Source: Eledone cirrhosa (taxonomy: Eukaryota). From it: a DNA stretch of 64,000 nt. The DNA lies in assembly GCA_964016885.1 (NCBI GenBank), contig OZ024741.1, forward strand, positions 395,870,001 through 395,934,000, read 5' to 3'. The notes beneath the pieces were generated by a model. That model was given only the letters and a program-made list of their open reading frames with translations, ran no database searches and had not been told where the DNA came from. A program made the position numbers and the translations under genes. This document shows, in pieces, positions 14,406 through 27,262 of the stretch; position 1 is the stretch's first letter, and each line of letters begins with the position of its first letter.

Positions 14406-16289
14406 TTCTACTACACATCGATTTCACCCATCCTCCTCAATAAAGCCTTAATGTTGGCCATGAGAGTGTCCAGCCTTACACGATCACAGGTAGATATTAT
14501 ACTAGCAGCCCGTAGAACTATTATTAATTTTGAGGACACATTTTGGACCCGTAAAAACACGCCCAACAATTTCGACGTTTCAATGGGTTCGAGTGATTCG
14601 GCCCAGGTAACTGATCTTGTTGGGTTGTTCCTCCTAAATGAACTATATGTTACCTTTCCGCACCTTAATGGTGGACTATATCGTGATGATGCATTGTTTG
14701 TTATTAACTCTAGCACCAACAATGTCGAGCATAATAAGAAGAAGCTTTATAAGTTTTTTAAAAGCTATAACCTTTCGATCACGATAGATAGAAACGATAG
14801 AGCGGTCAACTTTTTAGATGTGGCTTTGGACTTGGTCACTAATAGTTTTAAACCCTTCCATAAGCCTAATGAAATACTTTCTTATGTTAGTCCCAATTCT
14901 AACCACCCCAAATCTATGATAAGCTCTATAATTAAGGGTGTATCTAATAGGATTTCCACACTCTCTAAGGACGTAGGAACATTTAATGAACATGCGGAGT
15001 ACTATAATAACGCCCTCGCTAATTCCGGTTACTCTAGTAAAATACATTATAATGATAGTAACCTTAGAAGTTCTCCGCTTACTTATAATAATAATAACAT
15101 AATATCACATAACATGGCCATGAATGGGAGTGGGAAGCATAATAACCGTAGAAATTACATAGGTGTATCTGAACCCATCCATAAGTTAACCCACCGGACT
15201 CGTAATAGGGAATATAATACCTCTAGGAAACAAGTCGAACCCTCTGAGCGCTCACTCATTGGTGATGATTTTGCTAGATCTAATTCTAATAATGTTGTTT
15301 CTACTGATCCTATTATTGGCCCTAATCCTTTTGATGGGATTCCAGACGGCAGCAGATCTACTAGACGTAGAAACAGTAAGAGACTTAATGGAATTTTGGC
15401 TGATTCTAATAATGCGGTTTTAACTAATCCTTGTAATAACCCTAGTCTTAATAATGGGATATTAGATAATGGTAGAGTCGGTAAGGATAAAAATAGAAGG
15501 AGACTAAATACTTATTTTAACCCGCCATATAATCAGGAAGTATTAACTAATATCCCTAGGTCTTTCTTTTCTATCTTAGAGAAAAATTTCCCCCCTTCTC
15601 ATAAATACCATAGTATTTTTAATAAAAATGTTATTAAACTTTCATTCTCTACCACCCCTAATATTAGTTCTCATTTAGCTAGCACTAACAATAGGAAAAT
15701 TAGGGATGGATACTCCTCTCTACATACTACTAGTCTGAACAGATCTGTAAATGCCTTACCACCAGAGCAGACCTTATCTAATAGTAATCCTACGTGTAAT
15801 GCATCACTACTTCAGCCAACCAATAGCACCCGGAAGTGTAACTGTAGAGTGAGTGCTAACTGTCCTTTAAACGGTAACTGCCTCTCTAAGAACATCGTCT
15901 ATGCTTGCGTAGTTATAACTAATTCCTCTAATAGAACTTATATAGGCTCTACATCTAACACTTTTAAGACTAGGTTTAATTCTCATATCTCTAATTTCAA
16001 ACATGTTAAGTTTAAGAATTCTACTTCTTTAGCACACTATATCTGGGATCTTAAGGGGGCTAATATACCATATAGCCTTAATTGGCGTTTAGTAGCACGC
16101 TCTAATAACCTTTCTACACATACTAAATTTTGTAATCTCTGTATCCTCGAGACACACTCTATAATTTTCTCTAGTGAATCCTTACTTAATAGAAAGTCTG
16201 AGATATTCTCTTCTTGCCCCCACGCTATTTCTAATTCTTACTTTTATTATAAACCTAAAGGTTCTAGTAGTATAAATTGTATCCATTAG
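14406..16289 (+). CDS. PLE reverse transcriptase-GIY-YIG endonuclease, N-terminally truncated (first ~17 codons of the track ORF belong to the neighbouring inverted element)
   Basis: FDVSMGSSDSAQVTDLVG, GGLYRDD, VNFLDV, SNHP, CNCRVSANCPLNGNCL, NIVY..YIGST..FKTRF..H and CNLC..LLNRKSE. Confidence 0.92.
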   Translation, partial: FYYTSISPILLNKALMLAMRVSSLTRSQVDIILAARRTIINFEDTFWTRKNTPNNFDVSMGSSDSAQVTDLVGLFLLNELYVTFPHLNGGLYRDDALFVINSSTNNVEHNKKKLYKFFKSYNLSITIDRNDRAVNFLDVALDLVTNSFKPFHKPNEILSYVSPNSNHPKSMISSIIKGVSNRISTLSKDVGTFNEHAEYYNNALANSGYSSKIHYNDSNLRSSPLTYNNNNIISHNMAMNGSGKHNNRRNYIGVSEPIHKLTHRTRNREYNTSRKQVEPSERSLIGDDFARSNSNNVVSTDPIIGPNPFDGIPDGSRSTRRRNSKRLNGILADSNNAVLTNPCNNPSLNNGILDNGRVGKDKNRRRLNTYFNPPYNQEVLTNIPRSFFSILEKNFPPSHKYHSIFNKNVIKLSFSTTPNISSHLASTNNRKIRDGYSSLHTTSLNRSVNALPPEQTLSNSNPTCNASLLQPTNSTRKCNCRVSANCPLNGNCLSKNIVYACVVITNSSNRTYIGSTSNTFKTRFNSHISNFKHVKFKNSTSLAHYIWDLKGANIPYSLNWRLVARSNNLSTHTKFCNLCILETHSIIFSSESLLNRKSEIFSSCPHAISNSYFYYKPKGSSSINCIH

Positions 16290-17982
16290 CTGATATATTC
16301 CATTACTTATTTTTTTAGTTTAGGTTCTTTTTGTTTACCACCATTATTATCATCATTATTATCATTGGTTTTTGACAACTTTTTATTCTAGCTCTCATAA
16401 TCTTTTGACTACTATACCATATCTATCTTCTTACACATTAAATTTTCACTATTAACACCTTATGAGTATATATCTGATTATATATTTTATATTATTTTAT
16501 TTTATTTCATTTTATTTTATTTTATTTGGATTCTTCTTTGGATACCCCCCCCCCCCTCCCTCCCCTCCCCCCATGCACACATAAACTTATTGTCAACCCC
16601 TTCAAATATATTATGATTATATTTAACACCCCCCCTCTTTTATGCTCCCTTTCTATTATATAATACAGTATATTGATTATGATTTTATGCTCCTTTGTAT
16701 CCTCCATACATTTCTTTCTTTCTGTCCCTATTAGCCTACCATAATTCTGCTTAAGTCAGTTTTTTAGATATCGTTATGTAAATGATAGTAGAATATTTCA
16801 TTCCTTTATATATATATTTTTAGTGAAATATTAATGTTTATGAATTTTGATTACTTAAACCATAGCTAATATTGTATTGCCTTATTGGGTATTTTAAATA
16901 TTTTCAATATTAATTTATCAAATAGGGTTTTCGAGTCATTTATCTGGGTTATTTCCTAAGTTTTTACTTAACTGCATGTGAGACCTAAGTAAATACTTTT
17001 GTTTTTGTTTTTTAATTTCCGGTTGATTTTATTTATTTATTTATTTATTAATACGACTGTGCATTGTATTTTTTGTCTGGCTCTTATTCACTCATCCACA
17101 TATATGTCTGTTTACCAACCTTGTAATTATAAGTAATTATATATTATATTATCTTCATTATTTTATATTGAAGTTGTTATTGTACTATTGATCCTTATTA
17201 CTTACCGTTGATTTTATGTACCATTATGATATGTTAAATTTTATATATCATGTAAGATGTTTATATTTTTGTACCATCATAATTTTGGGTATTGTACAAT
17301 TTATATTTTTTTCTCACCTACTCTGTAACTCTATATGAATTGATTTGTTAACTTACATGCCATTATATATTATATATATTATTATAGTATTATTATAGTA
17401 TTATTGTGACATCTATATTGTTTGTGTAAATTAACCGGAGATTATCTATTATATTATATTATATATTATATAATTATATAGTTTATTATATATTATATGT
17501 GTTACTTTTAATCATTTCATTACTTCATGTATATTAGATATACGTATTATTATTATTTTTATTCCTACTATGCTTATTTATATTTAAACTCTTAATAAGG
17601 TTTAATTTGTGCTGTTAATGATGGATATGTGTATTGACGTATATGTATATGTGCGTACGTGTGCGTACATATATATGTATGTATATTGTGCCTTTTAATT
17701 TTAATTTTTAATTTTAATTTTAATATTGTTACAAGTATATTATATTATATTATATTATATTGTATTATATATAATTCCCGCTCTATATAACCACCTTTGT
17801 TTAGCTCTAGGTTTTTTTTGCTTTGGATTATATTTGTAATATGGTTCAAAATGTTATACACCTCCTTAGTGATTTTTATTATATATTTTTACCCATAATC
17901 TTCCAATACTTTAGTGTATGTACACTCCATATTCTTCGGAGTTTTCGGCTTGTATTGGCCGATAGTACTTCTTGTGGTTTTG

Positions 17983-18027
17983 ATTGCCCTGATGAGTCCT
18001 TAATAGGACGAAACATTGTTGGCTAAT
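17983..18027 (+). ncRNA. Minimal type I hammerhead ribozyme
   Basis: attgcc-CTGATGA-gtcct taat aggac-GAAAC-att-GTT-ggctaat. Perfect 5-bp stem II, directly followed by AATAAA. Confidence 0.9.
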
Positions 18028-18068
18028 AAAGACTTTTGATGTATTGAAGGCTTCTTTGTTTTATTTTC

Positions 18069-18140
<72 letters not shown>

Positions 18141-18302
18141 ATATATATATATATATAGTGAATATCATTTCACACCTTTTATTATTAAGGTTTTTGATGT
18201 TCTATTGAGAGAATCGATTTTACTGAAAATATCGAATAATGTACACCATTTTACCAGGGAAAAAAATACTGGTCCACCCACACACACATACACACACATT
18301 CT

Positions 18303-18339
<37 letters not shown>

Positions 18340-18355
<16 letters not shown>

Positions 18356-18592
18356 TTCTCCGTATAAGACAAGAGCTGAAAAATATCTTTTAACATGTTA
18401 AAATATCCCTCACTCACTTACAGACACATTCCTACTGACCATCCCTCTACCATGAATTACTCTGCTACACACACACACACACTTCTCCGTATAAGACAAG
18501 AGCTGAAAAATATCTTTTAACATGTTAAAATATCCCACACTCACTTACAGACACATTCCTACTGACCATGCCTCTACCACGAATTACTCTGC

Positions 18593-18600
<8 letters not shown>
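18340..18600. repeat. Tandem duplication of about 127 bp between (CA)n tracts
   Basis: cttctccgtataagacaagagctgaaaaatatc...gaattactctgcta occurs twice. Confidence 0.85.
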
Positions 18601-18646
<46 letters not shown>

Positions 18647-18872
18647 TCACGGACGCTCTATCTCAAAATTATTTTTGAAAAGCATTTAGAAATGCGCAAC
18701 CGGTAAAACTTAAAACCAAAACTGTATACTAACCAATACAATTACTAATTCTCACTTATTCCTAATTAAACTATTTTTCATTGTGAACAATTTGTCAGCA
18801 TTTTCTATTCCGTTTACCAATATATAATAACTTGTGTGTTACACCTCTATTCTTTTAACTATATATATATAT

Positions 18873-19810
18873 ACGATATTAAACAAATGGAAACTACATT
18901 TATAAAACCATATTTATTTCATTATATATATTTCAGGGATATCATATTAGATGAAAATACATATATACTTATGTATTTCAGTATTTTTTTTTTGAAGTTT
19001 TATCTCAGATTTTGATTGTAAACCTAAGAATGTTTAAACTAAACATATAGTCATTATTTTTTCACACATTATTGATATGTGTCTCATTCATGAATATTGA
19101 TATTTACACTATAATTCATAGGAATTGATAGACTGATGAAACATAATATTTGAAAACTATCATTTTTATTTCTAGGTATATCTCCTCTCCCCCCCCCCCC
19201 CTCTACGCTTGACGGGACTTATGTATCGGCTGCTTTAACTCTATCTCCTGTATCTCACCCCTCCCCTATCTCTCCCACCTCGTATAATAGATATTACTCG
19301 ATCTACCTCTCCTTATTTATCTTTGTTTTTATTTCTCCCCGTATCCTTAACACTAAATATAAATAAATAAATAAATAATTACAGTACCCCCTTCCCTCAT
19401 AAATCTCTCATTTGGTGTTTTTCTCTTTACATACATTTCTTCATCTTCTTCACCTTCCGCTCTTTCTTTTTTCTTTTTTTCTTCCTTCTTTTTCTTTTTT
19501 CTCCGTCTTTCTTTCTAACTGTCCTTAACATTCTCACTACCATAACAACTTTTTAAATGGAAGTTGTAAAATTGTTTAAGGTATGTCAAATTTATTTATA
19601 AAACTGTTTATATATTGTATTTTGTCTGAAGAGGGCATACCATATTTTTAATATGATATCCCTGAAATATATATAATGAAATAAATATGGTTTTATAAAT
19701 GTAGTTTCCATGTGTTTAATATCGTAAAATACTCCAAAACCTGTTGAGTGCTTTTATATCAGTTATAAAATATTTACTCGTTGTAACCCAACAATTTTAA
19801 ATAAAACTTT

Positions 19811-19815
<5 letters not shown>
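18873..19815 (+). mobile_element. Non-coding PLE 3'-end remnant with an inverted partial terminal copy
   Basis: 18874-18948 is the reverse complement of ~19650-19725. The 3' end (gagtgctt..atatcagttat..cccaacaa..tgca(TA)n) is homologous to the end of the 35.4-38.9 kb PLE. Confidence 0.75.
19618..19683 (+). ncRNA. Type I hammerhead ribozyme
   Basis: tattttgt-CTGAAGA-gggcataccatatt ttt aatatgatatccct-GAAA-tatata-TA-atgaaata. Confidence 0.85.
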
Positions 19816-19844
<29 letters not shown>

Positions 19845-19889
19845 TAAACAAATAATGAACAAACAATTCCTTATATTAAACAAAAAAAG

Positions 19890-20044
19890 TTCACTATTTA
19901 ACGATCGTTTCTAGGGTATATATGTGTTATAATTGGTATGCATATTTAACAGATCTATGTACAAAATTATACAAAATTATACAAATTATCAAGATTAAAT
20001 ATACATACCTAACTCATATATACGCCGTCTTCAGAAATAATGAA
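19890..20044 (-). ncRNA. Hammerhead ribozyme with long stem II (mirror of 30461-30615)
   Basis: Reverse complement of the motif at 30461-30615. Confidence 0.8.
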
Positions 20045-20815
20045 GTATATTTATTGATAATAACAACAATTCAAAATATCAGTTCAAAATTGACCAATGA
20101 AAACACAAAGGGTTAAAAAGCAGTTTGGTGTGTGTATATACATGTAAAAACCTTACACATATTTTACAATAATGTGTGTATAATTTGTATGTGCATACTA
20201 AAGAGATGGATGCAAATACAAAATTTCAAGGTTAATATCTCTGTAAGCTTAATGCGCTGATAAGATACGCAATGATACTTATGGAGTCAAGCATATAAAT
20301 ATATTTTTTTCCATACTCACACATATCAGTATAATCACACATACATGTGCGTATATGTATAAATATACACATAACCACGAACATACAAACACACACACTC
20401 CCCCACTCACATTTATATATGTGGATATAAAATCATAAGCAAATAGAAATTAAGTCACTCACATAAAAACACTGGTACACACATTTCAAGATCAAGATAC
20501 AGAAATTAGGTGGGAGGGGGGGGGGAGGGGTCAGTATTAGATTGTCAGACCAGACAGCCTAATATAAATGTATCTATAAATTAAGAAAAATAAAAAAATA
20601 AAAACAATAAAATATAATACATATAATATAATGTACATACGCATACAGATATACATACACATACATACATGTACGCGCACATAGAGATATCTACACATAC
20701 ATACATACACATATACCTATACTGTCATACACACACATACATTTACACGAACATACACATACACATATAAAAGGATATAAATACACACACACACACGCGC
20801 AACACATACACACAT

Positions 20816-20862
<47 letters not shown>

Positions 20863-20970
20863 TATATACACACACATAGACTCATATATATATACATACA
20901 TATACATACACATATACAAACATATATATCCCCACACTCATACCACCATAAAAACACATACAAACACCCA

Positions 20971-21011
<41 letters not shown>

Positions 21012-21224
21012 ACATACACACACGTACACATATATGCATATATACATACATATATACACACATACACATATATATATACACACACACATAAAATACAGAC
21101 ATGCACACATATATATATATATATATATATATTTCATTACTCTTATATATAGACACAGTATATATACATACACAACCTCACTTATACACATATACACATA
21201 AGTTATATTACAATAATAATAAAG

Positions 21225-21277
<53 letters not shown>

Positions 21278-21398
21278 TATACATACATACATATACATAC
21301 ACATACATACATACACATACATACATACACCTAAATATATACATATATAAATACACACATACGAATAAAGACATATATTCACATATAGACACCTATAT

Positions 21399-21437
<39 letters not shown>

Positions 21438-23248
21438 CACACACATACACATATATACACATTTATATATATACACATACACACACACACACACACACAG
21501 ACACACATATACACTCACATATATATATATATATATATGTGTATGTGAGTGTGCGCAAATACATATATATATACACACACACATACAAACACACACAAAC
21601 ACATACATATGCATACGTGCACACACACACACATATATCACATAGATACGAAGATAAACATATAAATAGAGAGACATACAAATATATACAGAACCCATAT
21701 ACACATACATACAAACACGCATATACATATATATACATATATACACATATATATATTCCTATATACAAGCATATATATACACACACATATATACATATAC
21801 ATACACATATACATACCACACATTCACATACACATACATATATAATACATATATATACATATATATACATACATATGTATGTACAATCATATATACACAC
21901 TCAATCTTACATTCATATTTACATGCTCATATATGTATTTTTATATTTAGAAATAAATACCAAAACCTATATAGACACCCATAACACATATATTCATACA
22001 TATACGCTTACAAAAACAGATGATAATAGTATGGGGGAAAGGGGGGGTTTGGAGAAGGGGATCAAAGTAAATATATGTTTCAAGAAACATATAATATTTT
22101 CCATATCTTAATTCAATGTATGTTCTTACATATTTTCAGTGCTAGGAAATACGAAATCTATGCATCACAAAATAAAAAAGTATACCATTAATCATATGTT
22201 AACTAAACCAAAGATAGTCAACATATTGATTTCCAAGGTGTAAATTAGTTAGGTTTATAATATTTGAAGCAGAATTATGAAGTCAAACAGTAGTAGATTA
22301 TTAATTACATTATAACTAAATTAAAGTTAAAACGTTATGGTATCAATATTAGGAGATGAATTTAGTAATAGGGAAAAGAAACCCAAATAAAAATAAAATA
22401 AAGTATTACATCGGTAGTAGCATATAAATTATATGTTAACTAAATTAAAAATTATATATTTATTTCAATAGTATACGTTAATTAGTATATGTTAATTAGG
22501 TATACAATACATAAAGCAGATATTGTATTTCATCAATAGCATAATATAATTATATGCAAATAAAAATCAAAATTAATACGCATACATATACATATACATA
22601 CACATACACATATATATACATATACATACACATATATATATATATATATACATATATATACACATACATACATATATAGTCACATAAATATACATACAGA
22701 TACACATACAACACACACATATACATATACATATAGATATACATATCTTTTTCAAAAAATTGCACAGAATATATTAACTAGGTATATATCCAAAACACCT
22801 CCCATTCTATGATTACATGACATTCTGCAATTCGTCTGTACAAGGATACTAATTTTAAGCAAATTAAAATTAAAGTTTTAGGTTGATTAAAACCAAAACC
22901 AAATAATAAATATATTTCCAAAATATATATTAATTAGGTCTATAATACTAAAAATTCTTTCTCCGTCATAGGATACATGATATTATTTTGTTATATTTTA
23001 TCTGTAAAAGAATTATAATAAAGAAAATTATAATAAAAGGTTAAACTAAATTAAAAAATTATAATAAAAGGTTAAAATAAGTTAAAATTAATCTATAAAT
23101 TAAATTACTGAATATATATTAGTAATATTTAAAGGTTTTTCAAAATTTATGATTACATAATATTTTCTCATCTGTAATAAAATATTAATTAAATTAAATT
23201 TATAGGTTAACTAACATTTAAATTAAATTAAATTCTAGAATAATGTTA

Positions 23249-24992
23249 TTAATTAGGTTTATAATATTTAAATGTTTTTTTTAGTTTATGATTACACGAT
23301 ATAATTAATTCCTGTCTTTTATTTAATAAGATATCACTAGACTTCATTATTTCAAATAGTTCTTGGGAACATAATCTACATTCCTTTCTATTATTTTGAT
23401 AAGGGGTGGCTCTTTTGAGCACACTCCAGGTCAAATCATATTTTATATTTTTATTTTTATAACTATTGATTTTTTCTGCTAGAGATGTTGTATTAGCCAG
23501 TGCGGCATTTTTAAAGCTATGTTTGTGGGTATTATACCTTGTCTTAAAATTGTTAGAGGTAGCTCCTATATATGAGCAAATAGAATCTTTAGTTTTAACA
23601 TTACATTTATAGACTATGTTGTTAACAAGACAATCCCCTTTTAATGGGCAGTTTGTTTTGTTTCTACAGTTACATCCTTTCGTTAATTCTGTATTTGAGG
23701 AGATATTATTGTTAATTTGATGTACTGGTGGTATACTTATGGTTTTCTTACATTTATATGCATTATATGCACTTATATTTTGTTTTATGTTATTTGTTGT
23801 AGAGTATGAGAATTTAACTGTAGACCTATTTAAGATTTGATGGTATTTGTGGTTTGGCGGGAAGTTTTTCTCAAGGATATAAAAAAATTTTTTAGCAATA
23901 TTATCCTTAACTTGTAAATTAAAAGGAGCATTATACCAAGTAACTCGTCTATTACGGTTTCTATGTTGTTTATTATTTTTATTATTTTTATATGTTGTAT
24001 CATGATTTTTACTAGGAGGAATAATGTTAATGATCTCACCACAACTATTTTTAGTTATATTTGTAGATTTAGGTGTTTTATCTTTTTTATTAGGAGTTTT
24101 ATTATTAATATTTATTATAGTCGTATGATGAGTAGTTTTTTGAGGGTTACTATACTTTATATTAGAAGATTTAGTATTTTGGGGTATACTGTGGGTGGCA
24201 TTTAGGTGTGTACTTTTCATTTGGTGTTTGTTGGTAATATTATGCTGTATGCTTTCAGTATTTTTAGTAGAAGGTATATACTCTAATCTATTTTTGTGGC
24301 CACTTCTATCTAGAGCTTCATTATAAAAGGTCGCATTTTTATCAAATACATCTTGGTTAGAAGAAAGGTTAGAAATTCTAAGTGATATATTATATGCAAG
24401 GTTTTTAAGGATAGATTTAGGGTGATTAGATTGTGAGTGTATGTAATGTAAGTTTTGGTTAGGTTTATGGTAAGGTTGGTATATACCCGTAGCTAAATCT
24501 AAAGTTATATCTAGGAAATTTACTACTTTACTTGTTTTTTCAAAAGTAATATTAAGATTATAATAGTCTTTAAGGAAAGTTCTAATATGCTTTTTGTTTT
24601 TTTCGATTTCTGAAAGGCTAAGGTTGTTAGAAAGAAGAAGACAGTCATCACGATATAAACCACCTTTGAGGTGGGGAAAAGAGGCATTTATGTTGAAAAG
24701 GAGAAAGAGGCCCACAAGATCAGTAATTTGGGCAGAATCGCTTGAACCCATAGTAATATCAAAAAGATTACTATAAGTGTTTCTGGTCCAGTATTCATTC
24801 TGAAATTCAATAAGTGTTTGTCTAGCATGTGTAATAATGTTAATGTCATCCGAAGTTAAATTAGATCTATTTTTAGCAAATATTAATGCTTTGTTCAGGA
24901 GTATGGGTGATATAGAAGAATAGTAATTATCTATATCAAACTGTAGGAAAGAAGCAGAAGATTTACACCTAATATTTTTAAACCAATTAATT
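23249..24992 (-). CDS. PLE RT-GIY-YIG, truncated inverted duplicate
   Basis: Identical to the + strand ORF from INWFKNIRCK onward. The listed N-terminus MWWILVSVE is a junction artefact. Confidence 0.9.
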
Positions 24993-24994
24993 TC

Positions 24995-27262
24995 AACACT
25001 TACAAGAATCCACCACACAACTTTTTACTTGAAGACTTCGAGAAAGACCTTTTTAATTTAATTAAACACCTCAAATTTAAAAAGTATAAATCCGTCTTTC
25101 AAAAGGACCTTGATTCTACCCTATTGGACCTAAAAAAGTCTAAAAAAATCCATGTCCACTCGGACAAAACTGGTAACTTGTATCATATGGATATTGAACA
25201 TTATAATGAGTTCATATATAAAGAACTCAGAAAAAATTATAAAAAATCTAATAATGTGTCACTCACCAACATCAACAACAAAACACACAACATAGTAAAA
25301 AAACTAAATATTGAAGATAGAACTGAACCTTTGGCATTGAGAAGTCCACACTTCAACCTGAAAGATCACAAATCTAACTTTAACTCTAATCCTTCTATTA
25401 GACTTATATGTCCCTCCAAATCAGATATTGGAATAATTAGCAAAAAAATTTTAGATAGAGTCATCCCACAAATAAGAAAATACGTTATTTTACCACTCTG
25501 GGAAAACACCTCCCAGGTAATTAATTGGTTTAAAAATATTAGGTGTAAATCTTCTGCTTCTTTCCTACAGTTTGATATAGATAATTACTATTCTTCTATA
25601 TCACCCATACTCCTGAACAAAGCATTAATATTTGCTAAAAATAGATCTAATTTAACTTCGGATGACATTAACATTATTACACATGCTAGACAAACACTTA
25701 TTGAATTTCAGAATGAATACTGGACCAGAAACACTTATAGTAATCTTTTTGATATTACTATGGGTTCAAGCGATTCTGCCCAAATTACTGATCTTGTGGG
25801 CCTCTTTCTCCTTTTCAACATAAATGCCTCTTTTCCCCACCTCAAAGGTGGTTTATATCGTGATGACTGTCTTCTTCTTTCTAACAACCTTAGCCTTTCA
25901 GAAATCGAAAAAAACAAAAAGCATATTAGAACTTTCCTTAAAGACTATTATAATCTTAATATTACTTTTGAAAAAACAAGTAAAGTAGTAAATTTCCTAG
26001 ATATAACTTTAGATTTAGCTACGGGTATATACCAACCTTACCATAAACCTAACCAAAACTTACATTACATACACTCACAATCTAATCACCCTAAATCTAT
26101 CCTTAAAAACCTTGCATATAATATATCACTTAGAATTTCTAACCTTTCTTCTAACCAAGATGTATTTGATAAAAATGCGACCTTTTATAATGAAGCTCTA
26201 GATAGAAGTGGCCACAAAAATAGATTAGAGTATATACCTTCTACTAAAAATACTGAAAGCATACAGCATAATATTACCAACAAACACCAAATGAAAAGTA
26301 CACACCTAAATGCCACCCACAGTATACCCCAAAATACTAAATCTTCTAATATAAAGTATAGTAACCCTCAAAAAACTACTCATCATACGACTATAATAAA
26401 TATTAATAATAAAACTCCTAATAAAAAAGATAAAACACCTAAATCTACAAATATAACTAAAAATAGTTGTGGTGAGATCATTAACATTATTCCTCCTAGT
26501 AAAAATCATGATACAACATATAAAAATAATAAAAATAATAAACAACATAGAAACCGTAATAGACGAGTTACTTGGTATAATGCTCCTTTTAATTTACAAG
26601 TTAAGGATAATATTGCTAAAAAATTTTTTTATATCCTTGAGAAAAACTTCCCGCCAAACCACAAATACCATCAAATCTTAAATAGGTCTACAGTTAAATT
26701 CTCATACTCTACAACAAATAACATAAAACAAAATATAAGTGCATATAATGCATATAAATGTAAGAAAACCATAAGTATACCACCAGTACATCAAATTAAC
26801 AATAATATCTCCTCAAATACAGAATTAACGAAAGGATGTAACTGTAGAAACAAAACAAACTGCCCATTAAAAGGGGATTGTCTTGTTAACAACATAGTCT
26901 ATAAATGTAATGTTAAAACTAAAGATTCTATTTGCTCATATATAGGAGCTACCTCTAACAATTTTAAGACAAGGTATAATACCCACAAACATAGCTTTAA
27001 AAATGCCGCACTGGCTAATACAACATCTCTAGCAGAAAAAATCAATAGTTATAAAAATAAAAATATAAAATATGATTTGACCTGGAGTGTGCTCAAAAGA
27101 GCCACCCCTTATCAAAATAATAGAAAGGAATGTAGATTATGTTCCCAAGAACTATTTGAAATAATGAAGTCTAGTGATATCTTATTAAATAAAAGACAGG
27201 AATTAATTATATCGTGTAATCATAAACTAAAAAAAACATTTAAATATTATAAACCTAATTAA
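24995..27262 (+). CDS. PLE reverse transcriptase-GIY-YIG endonuclease, open from the junction with no start codon retained
   Basis: The frame is open upstream of 25124 (NTYKNPPHNFLLEDFEKDL..). Motifs: SDKT, LKDHK, RLICPSKSDIG, FDIDNYY, MGSSDSAQ, GLYRDD, CNCRNKTNCPLKGDCL, NIVY..YIGAT..R, CRLC. Confidence 0.95.
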   Translation, partial: NTYKNPPHNFLLEDFEKDLFNLIKHLKFKKYKSVFQKDLDSTLLDLKKSKKIHVHSDKTGNLYHMDIEHYNEFIYKELRKNYKKSNNVSLTNINNKTHNIVKKLNIEDRTEPLALRSPHFNLKDHKSNFNSNPSIRLICPSKSDIGIISKKILDRVIPQIRKYVILPLWENTSQVINWFKNIRCKSSASFLQFDIDNYYSSISPILLNKALIFAKNRSNLTSDDINIITHARQTLIEFQNEYWTRNTYSNLFDITMGSSDSAQITDLVGLFLLFNINASFPHLKGGLYRDDCLLLSNNLSLSEIEKNKKHIRTFLKDYYNLNITFEKTSKVVNFLDITLDLATGIYQPYHKPNQNLHYIHSQSNHPKSILKNLAYNISLRISNLSSNQDVFDKNATFYNEALDRSGHKNRLEYIPSTKNTESIQHNITNKHQMKSTHLNATHSIPQNTKSSNIKYSNPQKTTHHTTIININNKTPNKKDKTPKSTNITKNSCGEIINIIPPSKNHDTTYKNNKNNKQHRNRNRRVTWYNAPFNLQVKDNIAKKFFYILEKNFPPNHKYHQILNRSTVKFSYSTTNNIKQNISAYNAYKCKKTISIPPVHQINNNISSNTELTKGCNCRNKTNCPLKGDCLVNNIVYKCNVKTKDSICSYIGATSNNFKTRYNTHKHSFKNAALANTTSLAEKINSYKNKNIKYDLTWSVLKRATPYQNNRKECRLCSQELFEIMKSSDILLNKRQELIISCNHKLKKTFKYYKPN

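Larger units (their letters stand above)
14406..18072 (+). mobile_element. Penelope-like element (Naiad type), 5'-truncated, ~1.8 kb 3' UTR, ends in (TA)n
   Basis: RT plus GIY-YIG ORF followed by an AT-rich UTR with a terminal hammerhead and AATAAA. Confidence 0.9.
19836..24992 (-). mobile_element. Inverted copy of the adjacent PLE (left arm of a 10.8 kb palindrome)
   Basis: Reverse complement of 25519-30669. The paired ORFs translate identically, with coordinate sums of 50511 (e.g. 23249+27262). Confidence 0.97.

Noticed and set aside
19125-19165. CTGATGA...GAAA motif at ~19134
   Set aside because: No stem III or cleavage triplet can be formed, and stem II is weak.
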